Shown here piece after piece: positions 24,201 to 36,761 of a DNA stretch of 64,000 nucleotides. The DNA lies in NCBI RefSeq assembly GCF_006345805.1, contig NC_043015.1:26846001-26910000 (forward strand), written 5' to 3'. Below the pieces are notes generated by a model that worked only from the letters and a program-made list of their open reading frames with translations, was not told the DNA's origin and searched no databases. Each line of letters begins with the position of its first letter. Within the stretch, counting starts at the first letter, position 1. Position numbers and translations under genes: made by a program. The DNA is from Octopus sinensis. Its lineage: Eukaryota.

Positions 24201-27085
24201 AAAGAAAACCTCTCTCATATAGTGTTTGCTCAATTCAACTCACGTAAATATGGGGGTAGAGACATTAAAAAATCAAGTGCAAAGGTTATTTGAGAACGTA
24301 CGTTTCAAGATTAGTCAAAGTCGACATTTCTATCATCAGCTCAGAACTCCCTGGTTTGGATTTGAAAACACTGAAAGTGGGAGCATACCCTTTCGGCTTC
24401 CTCTCGCTTCTGAAGATCTGCTCGTAACTAACAGTGCCAACAAACTCAAAAATGCAAGCGAAGAATTTCTGCTCTCCCCTTTCCACCAGCGTGGGCTAAA
24501 ATCAGTAAACACTATGCTTTTTTCGGTAAAATCCGCGGCATTATATAGAGAGAGATGAATTATAATTTCAACAATTGAGGGTAAAATTAATTAATTAATC
24601 ATTTCACCAAGTATTCGTATGCAAAGGGACCATTTAAGGCGAATTCAAATTATTACATTATATAAAAGGGCTTAGTAAAATAAATTACTTTGCCGCATAC
24701 TGAACTCATTAGAAATAGCAGCCAAAAAAAACTTTTTTAAAACTATTTCTAATACTTAAAGAAAACCTCTCTCATTAGTGTTTGCTCAATTCAACTCACG
24801 CAAATATGGGGGGTGAGACATTAAAAAATCAGTGCAAAGGTATTTGAGAACGTACGTTTCAGATTAGTCAAAGTCGACATTTCTATCATCACTCAGAACT
24901 CCCTGGTTTGGATTTGAAAACACTGAAAGTGGGAGCATACCCTTTCGGCTTCCTCTCGCTTCTGAAGATCTGCTCGTAACTAACAGTGCCAACAAACTCA
25001 AAAATGCAAGCGAAGAATTTCTGCCTTCCCCTTTCAACAGCGTGGGCTAAAATCAGTAAACACTATGCTTTTTTCGGTAAAATCCGCGGCATTATATAGA
25101 GAGATGAAGAGATGAATATAATTTCAACAATTGAGGGTAAAATTAATTAATTAATCAATTTCACCAAGTATTCTGTATGCAAGGGACCATTTAAGGCGAA
25201 TTCAAATTATTACATTATATAAAAGGGCTTAGTAAAATAAATTACTTTGCCGCATACTGAACTCATAGAAAAGCAGCCAAAAAAAAACTTTTTTAAAACT
25301 ATTTCTAATACTTAAAGAAAACCTCTCTCATATAGTGTTGCTCAATTCAACTCACGCAAATAGGGGTGGGTAGAGACATTAAAAAATCAAGTGCAAAGGT
25401 TATTGAGAACGACGTTTCAGATTAGTCAAAGTCGACATTTCTATCATCAGCTCAGAACTCCCTGGTTTGGATTTGAAAAACTGAAAGTGGGAGCATACCC
25501 TTTCGGCTTCCCTCTCGTTCTGAAGATCTGCTCGAACTAACAGTGCCAACAAACTCAAAAATGCAAGCGAAGAATTTCTGCTCTCCCCTTTCCATCAGCG
25601 TGGGCTAAAATCAGTAAACACTATGCTTTTTTCGGTAAAATCCGCGGCATATATATAGAGGAGCTTGAATTATAATCAACAATTGAGGGTAAAATTAATT
25701 AATTAATCTCAATTTCACCACCAAGTATTCTGTATGCAAAGGGACCATTAAGGCGAATTCAAATTATTACATTATATAAAAGGGCTTAGTAAAATAATTA
25801 CTTTGCCGCATACTGAACTCATTAGAAATAGCAGCCAAAAAAAACTTTTTTAAAACTATTTCTAATACTTAAGAAAACCTCTCTCATATAGTGTTTGCTC
25901 AATTCAACTCACGCAAATATGGGGGTAGAGACATTAAAAAATCAAGTGCAAAGGTTATTTGAGAACGTACGTTTCAAGATTAGTCAAAGTCGACATTTCT
26001 ATCATCAGCTCAGAACTCCCTAGTTTGGATTTGAAAACACTGAAAGTGGGAGCATACCCTTCGGCTTCCTCTCGCTTCTGAAGATCGGCTCGTAACACTA
26101 ACAGTGCCAACAAACTCAAAAATGCAAGCGAAGAATTTCTGCTCTCCCTTTCACCAGCGTGGGCTAAAATCAGTAAACACTATGCTTTTTTCGGTAAAAT
26201 CCGCGGCACATTATATAGAGAGAGATGAATTATAATTTCAACAATGAGGGTAAAATTAATTAATTAATCAATTTCACCAAGATTCAGTATGCAAAGGGAC
26301 CATTTAAGGCGAATTCAAATTATTAATTATATAAAAGGGCTTAGTAAAATAAATTACTTTGCCGCATACTGAACTCATTAGAAATAGCAGCCAAAAAAAA
26401 ACTTTTTTAAAAACTATTTCTAATACTTAAAGAAAACCTCTCTCATATAGTGTTTGCTCAATTCAACTCACGCAAATATGGGGGTAGAGACATTAAAAAA
26501 TCAAGTGCAAAGGTTATTTGAGAACGTACGTTTCAAGATTAGTCAAAGTCGACATTTCTATCAACAGCTCAGAACTCCCTGGTTTGGATTTGAAAACACT
26601 GAAAGTGGGAGCATACCTTTCGGCTTCCTCTCGCTTCTGAAGATCTGCTCGTAACTAACAGTGCCAACAAACTCAAAAATGCAAGCGAAGAATTCTGCTC
26701 TCCCCTTTCCACCAGCGTGGGCTAAAATCAGTAAACACTATGCTTTTTTCGGTAAAATCCGCGGCATTATATAGAGAGAGAGATGAATTATAATTTCAAC
26801 AATTGAGGGTTAAAATTAATTAATAATCAATTTCACCAAGTATTCAGTATGCAAAGGGACCATTTAAGGCGAATTCAAATTATTACATTATATAAAAGGG
26901 CTTAGTAAAATAAATTACTTTGCCGCATACTGAACTCATTAGAAATAGCAGCCAAAAAAAACTTTTTTAAAACTATTTCTAATACTTAAAGAAAACCTCT
27001 CTCATATAGTGTTTGCTCAATTCAACTCACGCAAATATGGGGGTAGAGACATTAAAAAATCAAGTGCAAAGGTTATTTGAGAACG
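21291..27085 (-). repeat. Tandem array of ~558-bp units (10 complete plus ~208 bp), each carrying a minus-strand hammerhead motif
   Basis: Unit starts (aattattaca) at 21291, 21858, 22417, 22980, 23537, 24090, 24648, 25205, 25762, 26318 and 26878. Units are nearly identical apart from small indels. Confidence 0.97.
21500..21552 (-). ncRNA. Type I hammerhead ribozyme motif in array unit 1 (repeated in each unit)
   Basis: Minus strand: TGAG-CTGATGA-tagaaatgtcgactttgactaatctt-GAAAC-gtac-GTT-CTCA. 4-bp helix I, complete catalytic core, palindromic helix III (ACGTACGT). Helix II is weak with a non-canonical U.U closing pair. Confidence 0.65.
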
Positions 27086-27604
27086 AAAAAAGCATAGTGT
27101 TTACTGATTTTAGCCCACGCTGGTGGAAAGGGGAGAGCAGAAATTCTTCGCTTGCATTTTTGAGTTTGTTGGCACTGTTAGTTACGAGCAGATCTTCAGA
27201 AGCGAGAGGAAGCCGAAAGCGTATGCTCCCACTTTCAGTGTTTTCAAATCCAAACCATGGAGTTCTGAGCTGATGATAGAAATGTCGACTTTGACTAATC
27301 TTGAAACGTACGTTCTCAAATAACCTTTGCACTTGATTTTTTAATGTCTCTACCCCCATATTTGCGTGAGTTGAATTGAGCAAACACTATATGAGAGAGG
27401 TTTTCTTTAAGTATTAGAAATAGTTTTAAAAAAGTTTTTTTTTGGCTGCTATTTCTAATGAGTTCAGTATGCGGCAAAGTAATTTATTTTACTAACCCCT
27501 TTTATATAATGTAATAATTTGAATTCGCCTTAAATGGTCCCTTTGCATACTGAATACTTGGTGAAATTGATTAATTAATTAATTTTACCCTCAATTGTTG
27601 AAAT

Positions 27605-27608
<4 letters not shown>
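27084..27608 (+). repeat. Inverted copy of the array unit (hammerhead on the plus strand at 27266-27318)
   Basis: Reverse complement of the unit from ...ctatgcttttttcg. Contains tgagCTGATGA...GAAACgtacGTTctca on the plus strand. Confidence 0.95.
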
Positions 27609-27635
<27 letters not shown>

Positions 27636-27727
27636 TCTAAATAAATAGATATAAGAATTAATATCTATCGTAACTTATATCTATCAATATATATCCATTT
27701 ATATATATATATATATATATACATATA

Positions 27728-27927
27728 CTCTTTTACTCTTTTACTTGTTTCAGTCATTTGACTGCGGCCATGCTGGAGCACCACCTTTAGTCGAACAAAT
27801 CGACCCCGGGACTTATTCTTTGTAAGCCCAGTACTTATTCTATCGCTCGTAAACACATCAGCATCGGTTGTCAAGCAATGCTAGAGGCACAAACACAGAC
27901 ACACAAACATATACACACACATACATA

Positions 27928-27984
<57 letters not shown>

Positions 27985-28191
27985 TATATATAATATATAT
28001 ATATATACAAGATAAGAAAATGGAGAAATACATCTAATTCAAATATCAATTACCAGATAATACTCAATCACATAAGAGACTGTAGGGTTAGATATAAAAA
28101 GCAGAAAAATCAGTGTACATAAAGGAATGTACATAAAAAAGTGTACATAAAAAAGTAATGTTGTATAATAAGTAGAATATATATAAAAGAG

Positions 28192-28230
<39 letters not shown>

Positions 28231-28390
28231 TACGACATGCTTCTTTCAGTTTCCGTCTACCAAATCCACTCACAAGGCATTGGTCGGCTCGGGGCTATAG
28301 CAGAAGACCCTTGCCCAAGATGCCACGCAGTGGGACTGAACCCAAAATCACGTTGTTGGTAAGCAAGCTACTTACCACACATCCACTCCT
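27728..28390 (-). mobile_element. tRNA-derived SINE with an internal TA/AT-rich expansion
   Basis: Head ggagtggatgtgtggtaagtagcttgcttacc..gggttcagtccc (A/B boxes) and tail gtaaaagagtaaaagag. Shows the uninterrupted form of the site hit by Tx1 at 60769. Confidence 0.88.
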
Positions 28391-28820
28391 TGTACCAGCA
28401 TTTTGTATATTAATTACTTTTAAAGTATTTAATGATTTAAGTATTGTTTTAGTTTTCACTTGATGTATATTAGTATCTTATATATACATATATATATATA
28501 TATATATTTTAAAAAATCTAAATATAATTTGAGAATTAATTTTGTTAGACAATATATTATTTAATTATTAGGTGGTATATTTATTATGTAGTATTAAATT
28601 TTAAGATAATTATGTATAATATTAATTATATAGTTAGCTTATTTAATGAGTTTGTTATATATTTGAACCATTTCTTATTTTGATTACAATTTAATGACTA
28701 GTACTAGCATTGTGTATATTAATTAATTAAAAGTATTTAAAAGTATTTAATAATTTAAGTATTGTTTTAGTTTTCACTTAATGTATATTAGTATCTTATA
28801 TATATATATATATATATATA

Positions 28821-28871
<51 letters not shown>

Positions 28872-29177
28872 TTATATATATATATATTTTAAAAAATCTA
28901 AATATAATTTGAGAATTAATTTTGTTAGACAATATATTATTTAATTATTAGGTGGTATATTTATTATGTAGTATTAAATTTTAAGATAATTATGTATAAT
29001 ATTAATTATATAGTTAGCTTATTTAATGAGTTTGTTATATATTTGAACCATTTCTTATTTTGATTACAATTTAATGACTAGTACTAGCATTGTGTATATT
29101 AATTAATTTAAAAGTATTTAAAAGTATTTAATAATTTAAGTATTGTTTTAGTTTTCACTTAATGTATATTAGTATCT

Positions 29178-29180
<3 letters not shown>
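28391..29180. repeat. Tandem copies of an AT-rich ~290-bp module (partial 28391-28480; 28510-28800; 28890-29180), inverted relative to 20900-21245
   Basis: For example, ttttgttagacaatatattat..taggtggtatatttattatgtag is the reverse complement of 21160-21220. Confidence 0.85.
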
Positions 29181-29270
<90 letters not shown>

Positions 29271-29271
<1 letters not shown>

Positions 29272-29585
29272 TAAAGTATATTTATTAATTCATTTTATTA
29301 TTCTAGTTTATTTTAACCTGATGAGTGGCTATATTTATATCGAAGAGATTTTACTACTACTATTGATTTCTTTACTATAATCATTTCCTAAATATAGCCA
29401 CGAAACACGTGTCGTTATTCTACCAATTATATACGTTTTTATTAATTTTTTTTTGCCAATTTACTTAATCATTGGTATTTTATTGTTATTTTAATTTTAC
29501 TATTTCTATTATATGAAATTTTCTAGATGGTTGTAATATAATTATTCATTTTGAATTGATAAAAGGTTGCTTTTTTCTAATTTAT
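29271..29585 (+). repeat. AT-rich module inverted relative to 20312-20630, containing a hammerhead ribozyme
   Basis: Reverse-complement similarity along the whole length (ttaaagtatatttatta...gaattgataaaagg). Confidence 0.85.
29314..29417 (+). ncRNA. Canonical type I hammerhead ribozyme motif with extended helix II
   Basis: TAAC-CTGATGA-GTGGCTATATTT..(~53 nt)..AAATATAGCCAC-GAAAC-acgt-GTC-GTTA: perfect 12-bp helix II, 4-bp helix I, palindromic helix III, GUC cleavage triplet. Confidence 0.8.
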
Positions 29586-29594
29586 ATATATATG

Positions 29595-29677
<83 letters not shown>

Positions 29678-29681
29678 GTAT

Positions 29682-29750
<69 letters not shown>

Positions 29751-29754
<4 letters not shown>

Positions 29755-30984
29755 GTCATCCATATATAATGCGACTTTTTCAGAAGTCGGAAGGGGCGGG
29801 ATAAACCATTTGTATCAACTTGCTATAAAAGCAGGTAGTAATTTTACCTACTGCTTATTTGTTTTGAAAAGTGTATTTCGATTTGAACACCCATTTTTCA
29901 AAGCCATAATGGAAGTGACAAAGGAGCATATTTGGCATATTTTGCTTTATGAGTTCAGTAAATAGAACAACGCAATGGAAAGTGCGAGGAATATTAATGC
30001 AGTATATGGGGATCGAACAGTAGGGACAAGCCAATGTCAACGGTGGTTCTAGAAATTCTGAGCCGGAAACTACAATCTAGAAGACGAGCCTTATCCTAGA
30101 ATATCTGTAGAGCTCTATGAGGACGTCCTGCAAATCTTGGTGGAACAAAATCCTATTGTAGCTGTTGAGGAACTAGCAGAGAAATTTGGACTTGGTCATT
30201 CAACCAGTCATCGATATTTGCGTGCTATCGGAAGAGTCAGCAAATTGGGTCATTGGCTCCTCACAAACTTTCCTAGTTTAATTGCGCGCAGGCAGTGAAT
30301 GTTTGTTCTTCTTTGCTGTCACGTCTCACGAATGAGCCACTTTTGAACCGGATAGTGACTGGTGACGAGAAATGGCTTCTCTATAAAAATGTCAAGCGCC
30401 GAAGACAGAAGGTAGCGAAAGGCGAAACACTAGTACTCCAGACTAAAGAAGGTATTGTTATCTTATCTGTATGGTAGGATAGGGAACGTTTAGCCCACCT
30501 TGAACTTTTAAACCCAAACCAAACGATGACAAAATATATCTACTGTGAGCAGCTTGAGTGACTTAAATGAGCGCTAGAATAAAAACGACCATCTTTGCTT
30601 TCAAGACGAAAGGTGCTCTTCCATTAGGATAATGCTTGGCCACATACAGGAAGGATGGCATTCGAAAGGCTGGAGCAGTTTGAATGGGAAACGATGCCCA
30701 CCCAACATATTCGCCGGACATTGCCCTATCTGCTTATCATTTATTCTGCAGTCTTCAAAATCAATTGAATTGAAAAAATATGAATTCTGTAGACGAAGTT
30801 AGAACAGTACTGGAGGAGCATTGTTCGTCACGGACAACTGAATTTTGGAAGAAGGGCCTTGAAAGTCTACCAGATAGCATTGTAGAAAATGAAGGAGAAT
30901 GTATTTTAGATAAAAAAAGAACTTTATCTTAATTTTGAAAAATAACAGAAGTATAAAACAGGCATTATTTATGGGATGAACCAA
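29751..30984 (+). mobile_element. Full-length but degenerate mariner transposon
   Basis: Imperfect terminal inverted repeats ttgggtcatccatataatgcg / ggcattatttatgggatgaaccaa with TA flanks. Transposase from ATG 29909 ([47 protein letters not shown]) with multiple stops. Confidence 0.9.
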
Positions 30985-31683
30985 TATATATAAAACTGAC
31001 TGAGCAGAAAATGTCAAAACTGGTATAAAATATAATAGGCACACGCAATAAGTGTTCAGATAAGTGTTCAGAGCTAGTTACGAAAATCGGACTCTATCTT
31101 CAGAGATACAGAATCGGCGAAAACAAGCGTTGGCAATAGGCATTGCGAAGAGTCAGTAATAACTCTCCCTGCCGAATCACAAGGAACTCATTTCACAGAC
31201 CGGATTCTCGAGGATATCTGCTAAATTCATTTATGTCTTGGATTCTCTACAGTATCAATCTTACAACAAATGTTCTGACGCTTTGCTATTGACTGATCCG
31301 TATTTGTTTCATTATAACTTTGTGTGTGTGTGTGTGTGTGTGTCTTTGTGAGTGAGTTAGTGTCTGCATGTTTGAGTGAGTGAGTGCCTGAGTGTGTAGG
31401 TGTTGGGTATGCGTACGCACTTCTGCGTGGATCGGCAAACGTTACACATATCACTAAAAAGTTGCTTTCAACAAAAAACAATAAAAACAATATGTAAATT
31501 GGATTTTATTCGACTGGAGCTGAACAAACGATATTATTGTCCTCTACCGGAAATACTTTGAACTTTTGCAAAAGTAGTGATACTGTGATTGGTTCATTTG
31601 AAACCTATGAAATATTTCAAACCTATAACCAGCTGGCTTTATAAAATGTACAATATATATTCTATAAATGTTTATTATATGTA

Positions 31684-31774
<91 letters not shown>

Positions 31775-31821
31775 TAGATATACAATATACACATACATAG
31801 GTTTTATATATAAAGCCCTTA

Positions 31822-31875
<54 letters not shown>

Positions 31876-32020
31876 TGAGTGGGAATACGTATGTGCATGA
31901 GCAGCAATATATTCTATATGGGAAAAATAACTTTAAGAGATATTGCAAACGATTTTCTATGCAATATGGAAGCATCACTAAAATAATTATTAAAGGTACA
32001 TTTACATGTGTGCGTGTTTA

Positions 32021-32073
<53 letters not shown>

Positions 32074-32789
32074 GCATACGCACACACATATACATGTATG
32101 TATGCATATACGCAAACCAAGAAGGAGGGAAAAGGGAGAGGAAGGAAAGGTATTTCTGTCTGTATGTGTTTATTTTTTTATGGAAAAGAATTATTTATAA
32201 AGAAAGGTAAATTGTTAAGGACAGAGAAGAGGTAAGTGGGGGAGAGGATAAGTAGTTTAATGACATGCGCACGCATTAAATGACAAATAGAAGCAAACAT
32301 TGGAAATCGGGTACAAAAGGAATATAAACGATAGACTATAAACGGCAGCGAGTTAGTGAATGAACGAGAGCAAGAACGAGAAATAGCGAGAAAGAGACGA
32401 GATCAAACCTTATTATACGATATATGAAAACAAAACAAATATGACAGAACAAAAATGAAAATCGTAAAATCGTAAAACAAACAATAAAACAAACAACAAA
32501 GACGCAAGTTGAAATAATTTCCTTTCATATAAAGTTATAAAGCCGTTCATTTATGCGCATGCGTGCTAAACTATCGGTCTGACTTATATTCCATTATTGA
32601 AATATCTACTAGAGAGAGAATAAAGCAAGGCATAGCTGCTCTCTTTCTGTCTGCCGTTCACCTCTATCTATTCACTCACAAACACATACCTGCTTGCGTG
32701 TGGATATACACACATGCATACACGCATACACACGCAGATACACGCACACATATGTATAAATATATATGTATGCATGTATATATATATAT

Positions 32790-32823
<34 letters not shown>

Positions 32824-32847
32824 CATATGTATAAATACATACACTCG

Positions 32848-32922
<75 letters not shown>

Positions 32923-33227
32923 GTATTAGTAATTTAATGCTTCTTGGTGAATCAACAAGAATTTATTCATACATATTTTTTTACATATAGATACATATAA
33001 GTAGATATATTTATGTACATATATCTCTCTATCTATCTCTTACTCTCTATATATGTGTGTGAGTTTGTGTGCATATATATATAATGATACGTACTTAACT
33101 ATCTGTTTTCTCACTTTGTTTTTAATGTCTTTCTCTCCAACTCTCCTTCGCTTACCACTCCAACTGCTTCACTCTTCACTCATCTCTCTCTCTCACTCCC
33201 TCTCTCTCTCACTCCCTCTCTCTCTCA

Positions 33228-33264
<37 letters not shown>

Positions 33265-33751
33265 ACACTCAATCACTGTGACTTCTATGGGAAAGCAGAA
33301 CAAATAGCAGGAAAAAATGCCTATAGAAGAGTAAACTAGCAAAAATAGGTTATATCCTGCGCAGAAATAATATTTCTATAGATGTATCGTTCATTCATTA
33401 TCTCAAAGAAGAAATTTGGCATTATACTTTTGCATGTCTATGTATGTAAGAATATAGGCCTATAGCACAAACATCGATACATATCTAAATACGTACATAC
33501 ATACATACATACATAAATACATACATACATATATAAATATATAATACTGGAGACATATAGACACAAGGCAGGCACTAACACACACATGCACACACATTAA
33601 TATTAATCGGATAGATACACCTAAAAAGCTAGCTTACAAATAAAACAATATATTTATCTTATATCTACACACACACATATATATACATCTATCTATATAT
33701 CAATCTATATACATATATATGTACATATCTATTACGTAATTTGCATATTAA

Positions 33752-33814
<63 letters not shown>

Positions 33815-34379
33815 CACACTCATATATGTACAGATATGTATACTTATATATACAGACATCAATGTGTGCGTGTGTGTGTGTATGTGTGTATGCACATATT
33901 TTGCCGACGTAACTACAGATATGAAAACATTTTCACATACAGAAATACATACCTAAACACCTTGATATGGTCTATATATATATGAATGTATATGAATGTA
34001 TATGAAATTAAATATGAATATACACATACACACTCAGTCATGTACACGCGCGCGCACACATACACACACAAATACCTGCACCTACCCGCCTAAATCGAAG
34101 GCGAACCTGGAAAATATTAAAATGGGATATGCACGAATGGAGCGTATCTACACACAGATACACACTCTCATATTACCTCCACACGTAGATATACACATGC
34201 ATGCATACATATATACATACACACGTATGAGTGAAGCAAAACAAATTCATTTCAAGTTTTATTCCGTAACATAATTAATTCTGAGGTGTATTAACTTTAC
34301 TTTTATAACAAAATGCACACACACACACACACACTCACACACACACACACACACACGCGCGCGCGCGTGTATTTACTCT

Positions 34380-34550
34380 CTTATGCTTTTACTTCTTTCA
34401 TACTGGAGCATCGCCTTGAGGCGTTTTAGTTGAACAAACTTATTTTTTAAGCCTGGTACCCATTCCACCAGTACCTCTTGCTGAACCGCCAAGACATGAG
34501 GACGTAAACACACGAACACTTGCAATCAAGCAGCGATGGGGGAACCCCGT
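34380..34550 (-). mobile_element. SINE 3'-part remnant
   Basis: ctggagcatcgcc..ctgaaccgccaag..ggacgtaaacac matches the SINE body. Confidence 0.55.
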
Positions 34551-34609
34551 CTCTAGCAGTTCGATAAAATATATCGATAAAGTAAGTATTAGGCTTCAAA
34601 AAGAAGATT

Positions 34610-35335
34610 GATGAAACAAATCAGCATCGTCTTGACATTGGACATCAGTTGACGCGCATTTCTGGGGCGTGGTGACATTGAGTACTTCCATTGACTTGAT
34701 TGCTACTTCGTTTCCGTATCGTGGCTGTAGCATTACCTTTCATCACCAATGATGACCTTAGAATAAAGATCCGGATCAACTTACACTGTTATTTCAGTTC
34801 ACAACACACATTCAGTCGTGACTGCTTTTCATCTTTCGTGAGTACGTGAGGCACAAATTTTGCTGCAACACATTCCATTCACAATTCCTCTCTCAGAATT
34901 TTTGGCAGGAGCTCCAGAATACACCAGTCATATCATCAAGCTGCTCAATTGTTTGGCGACGGTCCTCAAAGATCAGTTCATGAATTTTCGTTGGGAGTCG
35001 ACTGTCGCCCTGAACGAGGTTGGTCCTCAAGCGATAAGTGACCATTCCTAAAGCGGAAAAATCATTCGCAAACTTGTGTTTTGTTCACGGCAGCGTCCTT
35101 GTAAGCTATCTGAAGAATGATAAATGTTTTGGCTGCTGTTTTCCCCTTCGTTTCAGCCATCGCAAAAAACGATGAACAGGAGAGAAGTACTACAAAAGAA
35201 AGACGCACCATAAGGCAGTACGACCTCGCTAGGGCAAAGTCTGTCGGCCAACTGATGCCTGAGGGTTGCATCAAACGACTTCTAGTAGCTGAAGCCTGAA
35301 CTACAACCGGTGACTTTTGGGTAACTTCTTGTCGA
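34610..35335 (-). mobile_element. Mariner 5' half (different subfamily from 29751-30984), degraded
   Basis: Peptides GKTAAKTF..AYKDAAVNKTQVCE*FFRFRNGHLSLEDQPRSGR..VAAKFVPHVLT..SNVKTMLICF. Confidence 0.8.
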
Positions 35336-35529
35336 TATATATGCTTATGTAGTTTGTACACTAAATCCCAAGTTCTTTTCTGTTAATTTGAATTATTGTC
35401 TCCATATCTGCTCGCTGAGATTTCTCTTATAGTCACTCTTTGCCCTGCTGACTTGGTCCTCGGTAAACATATCAGTGTGTAAGTTTGAATCATTTGGGGG
35501 ATAAAGACTTGTGCCCGCTAAATTGAGCC

Positions 35530-35800
35530 CGTGTGACCGAGACCATTATTTATGAAGCCACTGTAAATTCTACGAACGCTAATAATACAGTTTCATCCAA
35601 GAGATATGTGAATTTCACAAAGGGAAATTTCAAAACAAGATTCAACAATCACACCTTAAGCTTCAGACACTGGAATAAACGAAAAGCTACCAAAGTATCC
35701 AGTTATAAATGGTTCTTAAAAGAAGGTGTCAACAACAGGATTTACTGGAAGATCATTGTCAAGTGTAAACCTTACACCAACGAAAGATTGAGTAAGAGTG
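35530..35800 (+). mobile_element. Penelope-like GIY-YIG endonuclease fragment
   Basis: IIYEATV..KRYVNFTKGNFKTRFNNHTLSFRH..KATKVSSY.W.LKE...WKIIVKCKPY, homologous to 18250-18500. Confidence 0.7.
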
Positions 35801-35929
35801 CGGTCGATGTAATCGACTAGTTCCCTCCCGGCTAATTTCTGATTTCGTTCCCTAATAGAAATTATTATTATTATTATTGTTGTTGTTGTTGTTGCTGTTG
35901 TTGTTGTTGTTGTTGTTGTTGTTGTAGTT

Positions 35930-36120
35930 ACTAAGTTTTTGGATGGTTTGAGGATAACAAATCGCTTCAAATTTCAAGAATCGTCCTTGGGATTCTTGTA
36001 AAATACGGGATTGCACTTTTCTGCGACTCGACATTGCGAGTTTCAATTCCAGCCCCTTAAATCTTTCACTCAGAATTTTGCGTGTTGTGCCAAGCGAACC
36101 ATTTACCTCAGCAACTATTG
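35930..36120 (-). mobile_element. Possible R4/Dong 3'-end remnant with an (AAC/AAT)n tail
   Basis: Peptide GSLGTTRKILSERFKGLE..RIL weakly resembles the endonuclease C-terminus, followed by a trinucleotide tract. Confidence 0.3.
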
Positions 36121-36206
36121 TTGTCTTGATCTATCACAGTTTCGGTGAATAACAGGACAAAAGATGATTAAAACTTCGTTTCCTTTCTGCACCACCTCCT
36201 CTCCCA

Positions 36207-36238
<32 letters not shown>

Positions 36239-36726
36239 CTTCTTCTTCTTCTTCCATTTCTGTTCAGTGTAGTTTTGCTTTCTTTAACCATCATCATCAC
36301 CACCATTGACATCGACAGCCTCGGCGGCGTCCTGTGAATCATCCCGGTCTATAACCATCGACATTACTGTGCACATCATATCAGGTACCAACGCTTCATT
36401 ATTCACGTTCGCGATCATCATCATCATCTTCGTCGTCGTCGTCGTAGAATGGCATCAAGGTCGTCATAGTGGCAACCACTGCAAGGGAGATGAGATTATT
36501 GAACTAACAACAGATTTTGTTTGTGTAAATTTGTTGAGATTATTGTGAAGTTGGAAGAGATGTCTTGGTTGCTGGATGGTGACGATCATAATGGAAGTGA
36601 TAGCGCTAGTGGTGGAGCTGATGGCCTAAGTAGTGGTTAAAAGGATGGTGTTGGTGTTGATGGCCTAAGTAGTGGTTAAAAGTATGGTGTTGGTGTTGAT
36701 GGTGGTGGTGGTGGTGGTGGTGGTGG

Positions 36727-36761
<35 letters not shown>

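Noticed and set aside
21291-27085. CRISPR-like or rDNA interpretation of the array
   Set aside because: There are no unique spacers, no cas genes and no rRNA/5S similarity; whole units are repeated.
21435-27383. Repeated ~110-aa ORF (LNSTHANMGVETLKNQ...) in the array units
   Set aside because: It starts at a non-ATG codon, is frameshifted in several units, has no recognisable domain, and is antisense to the ribozyme strand.
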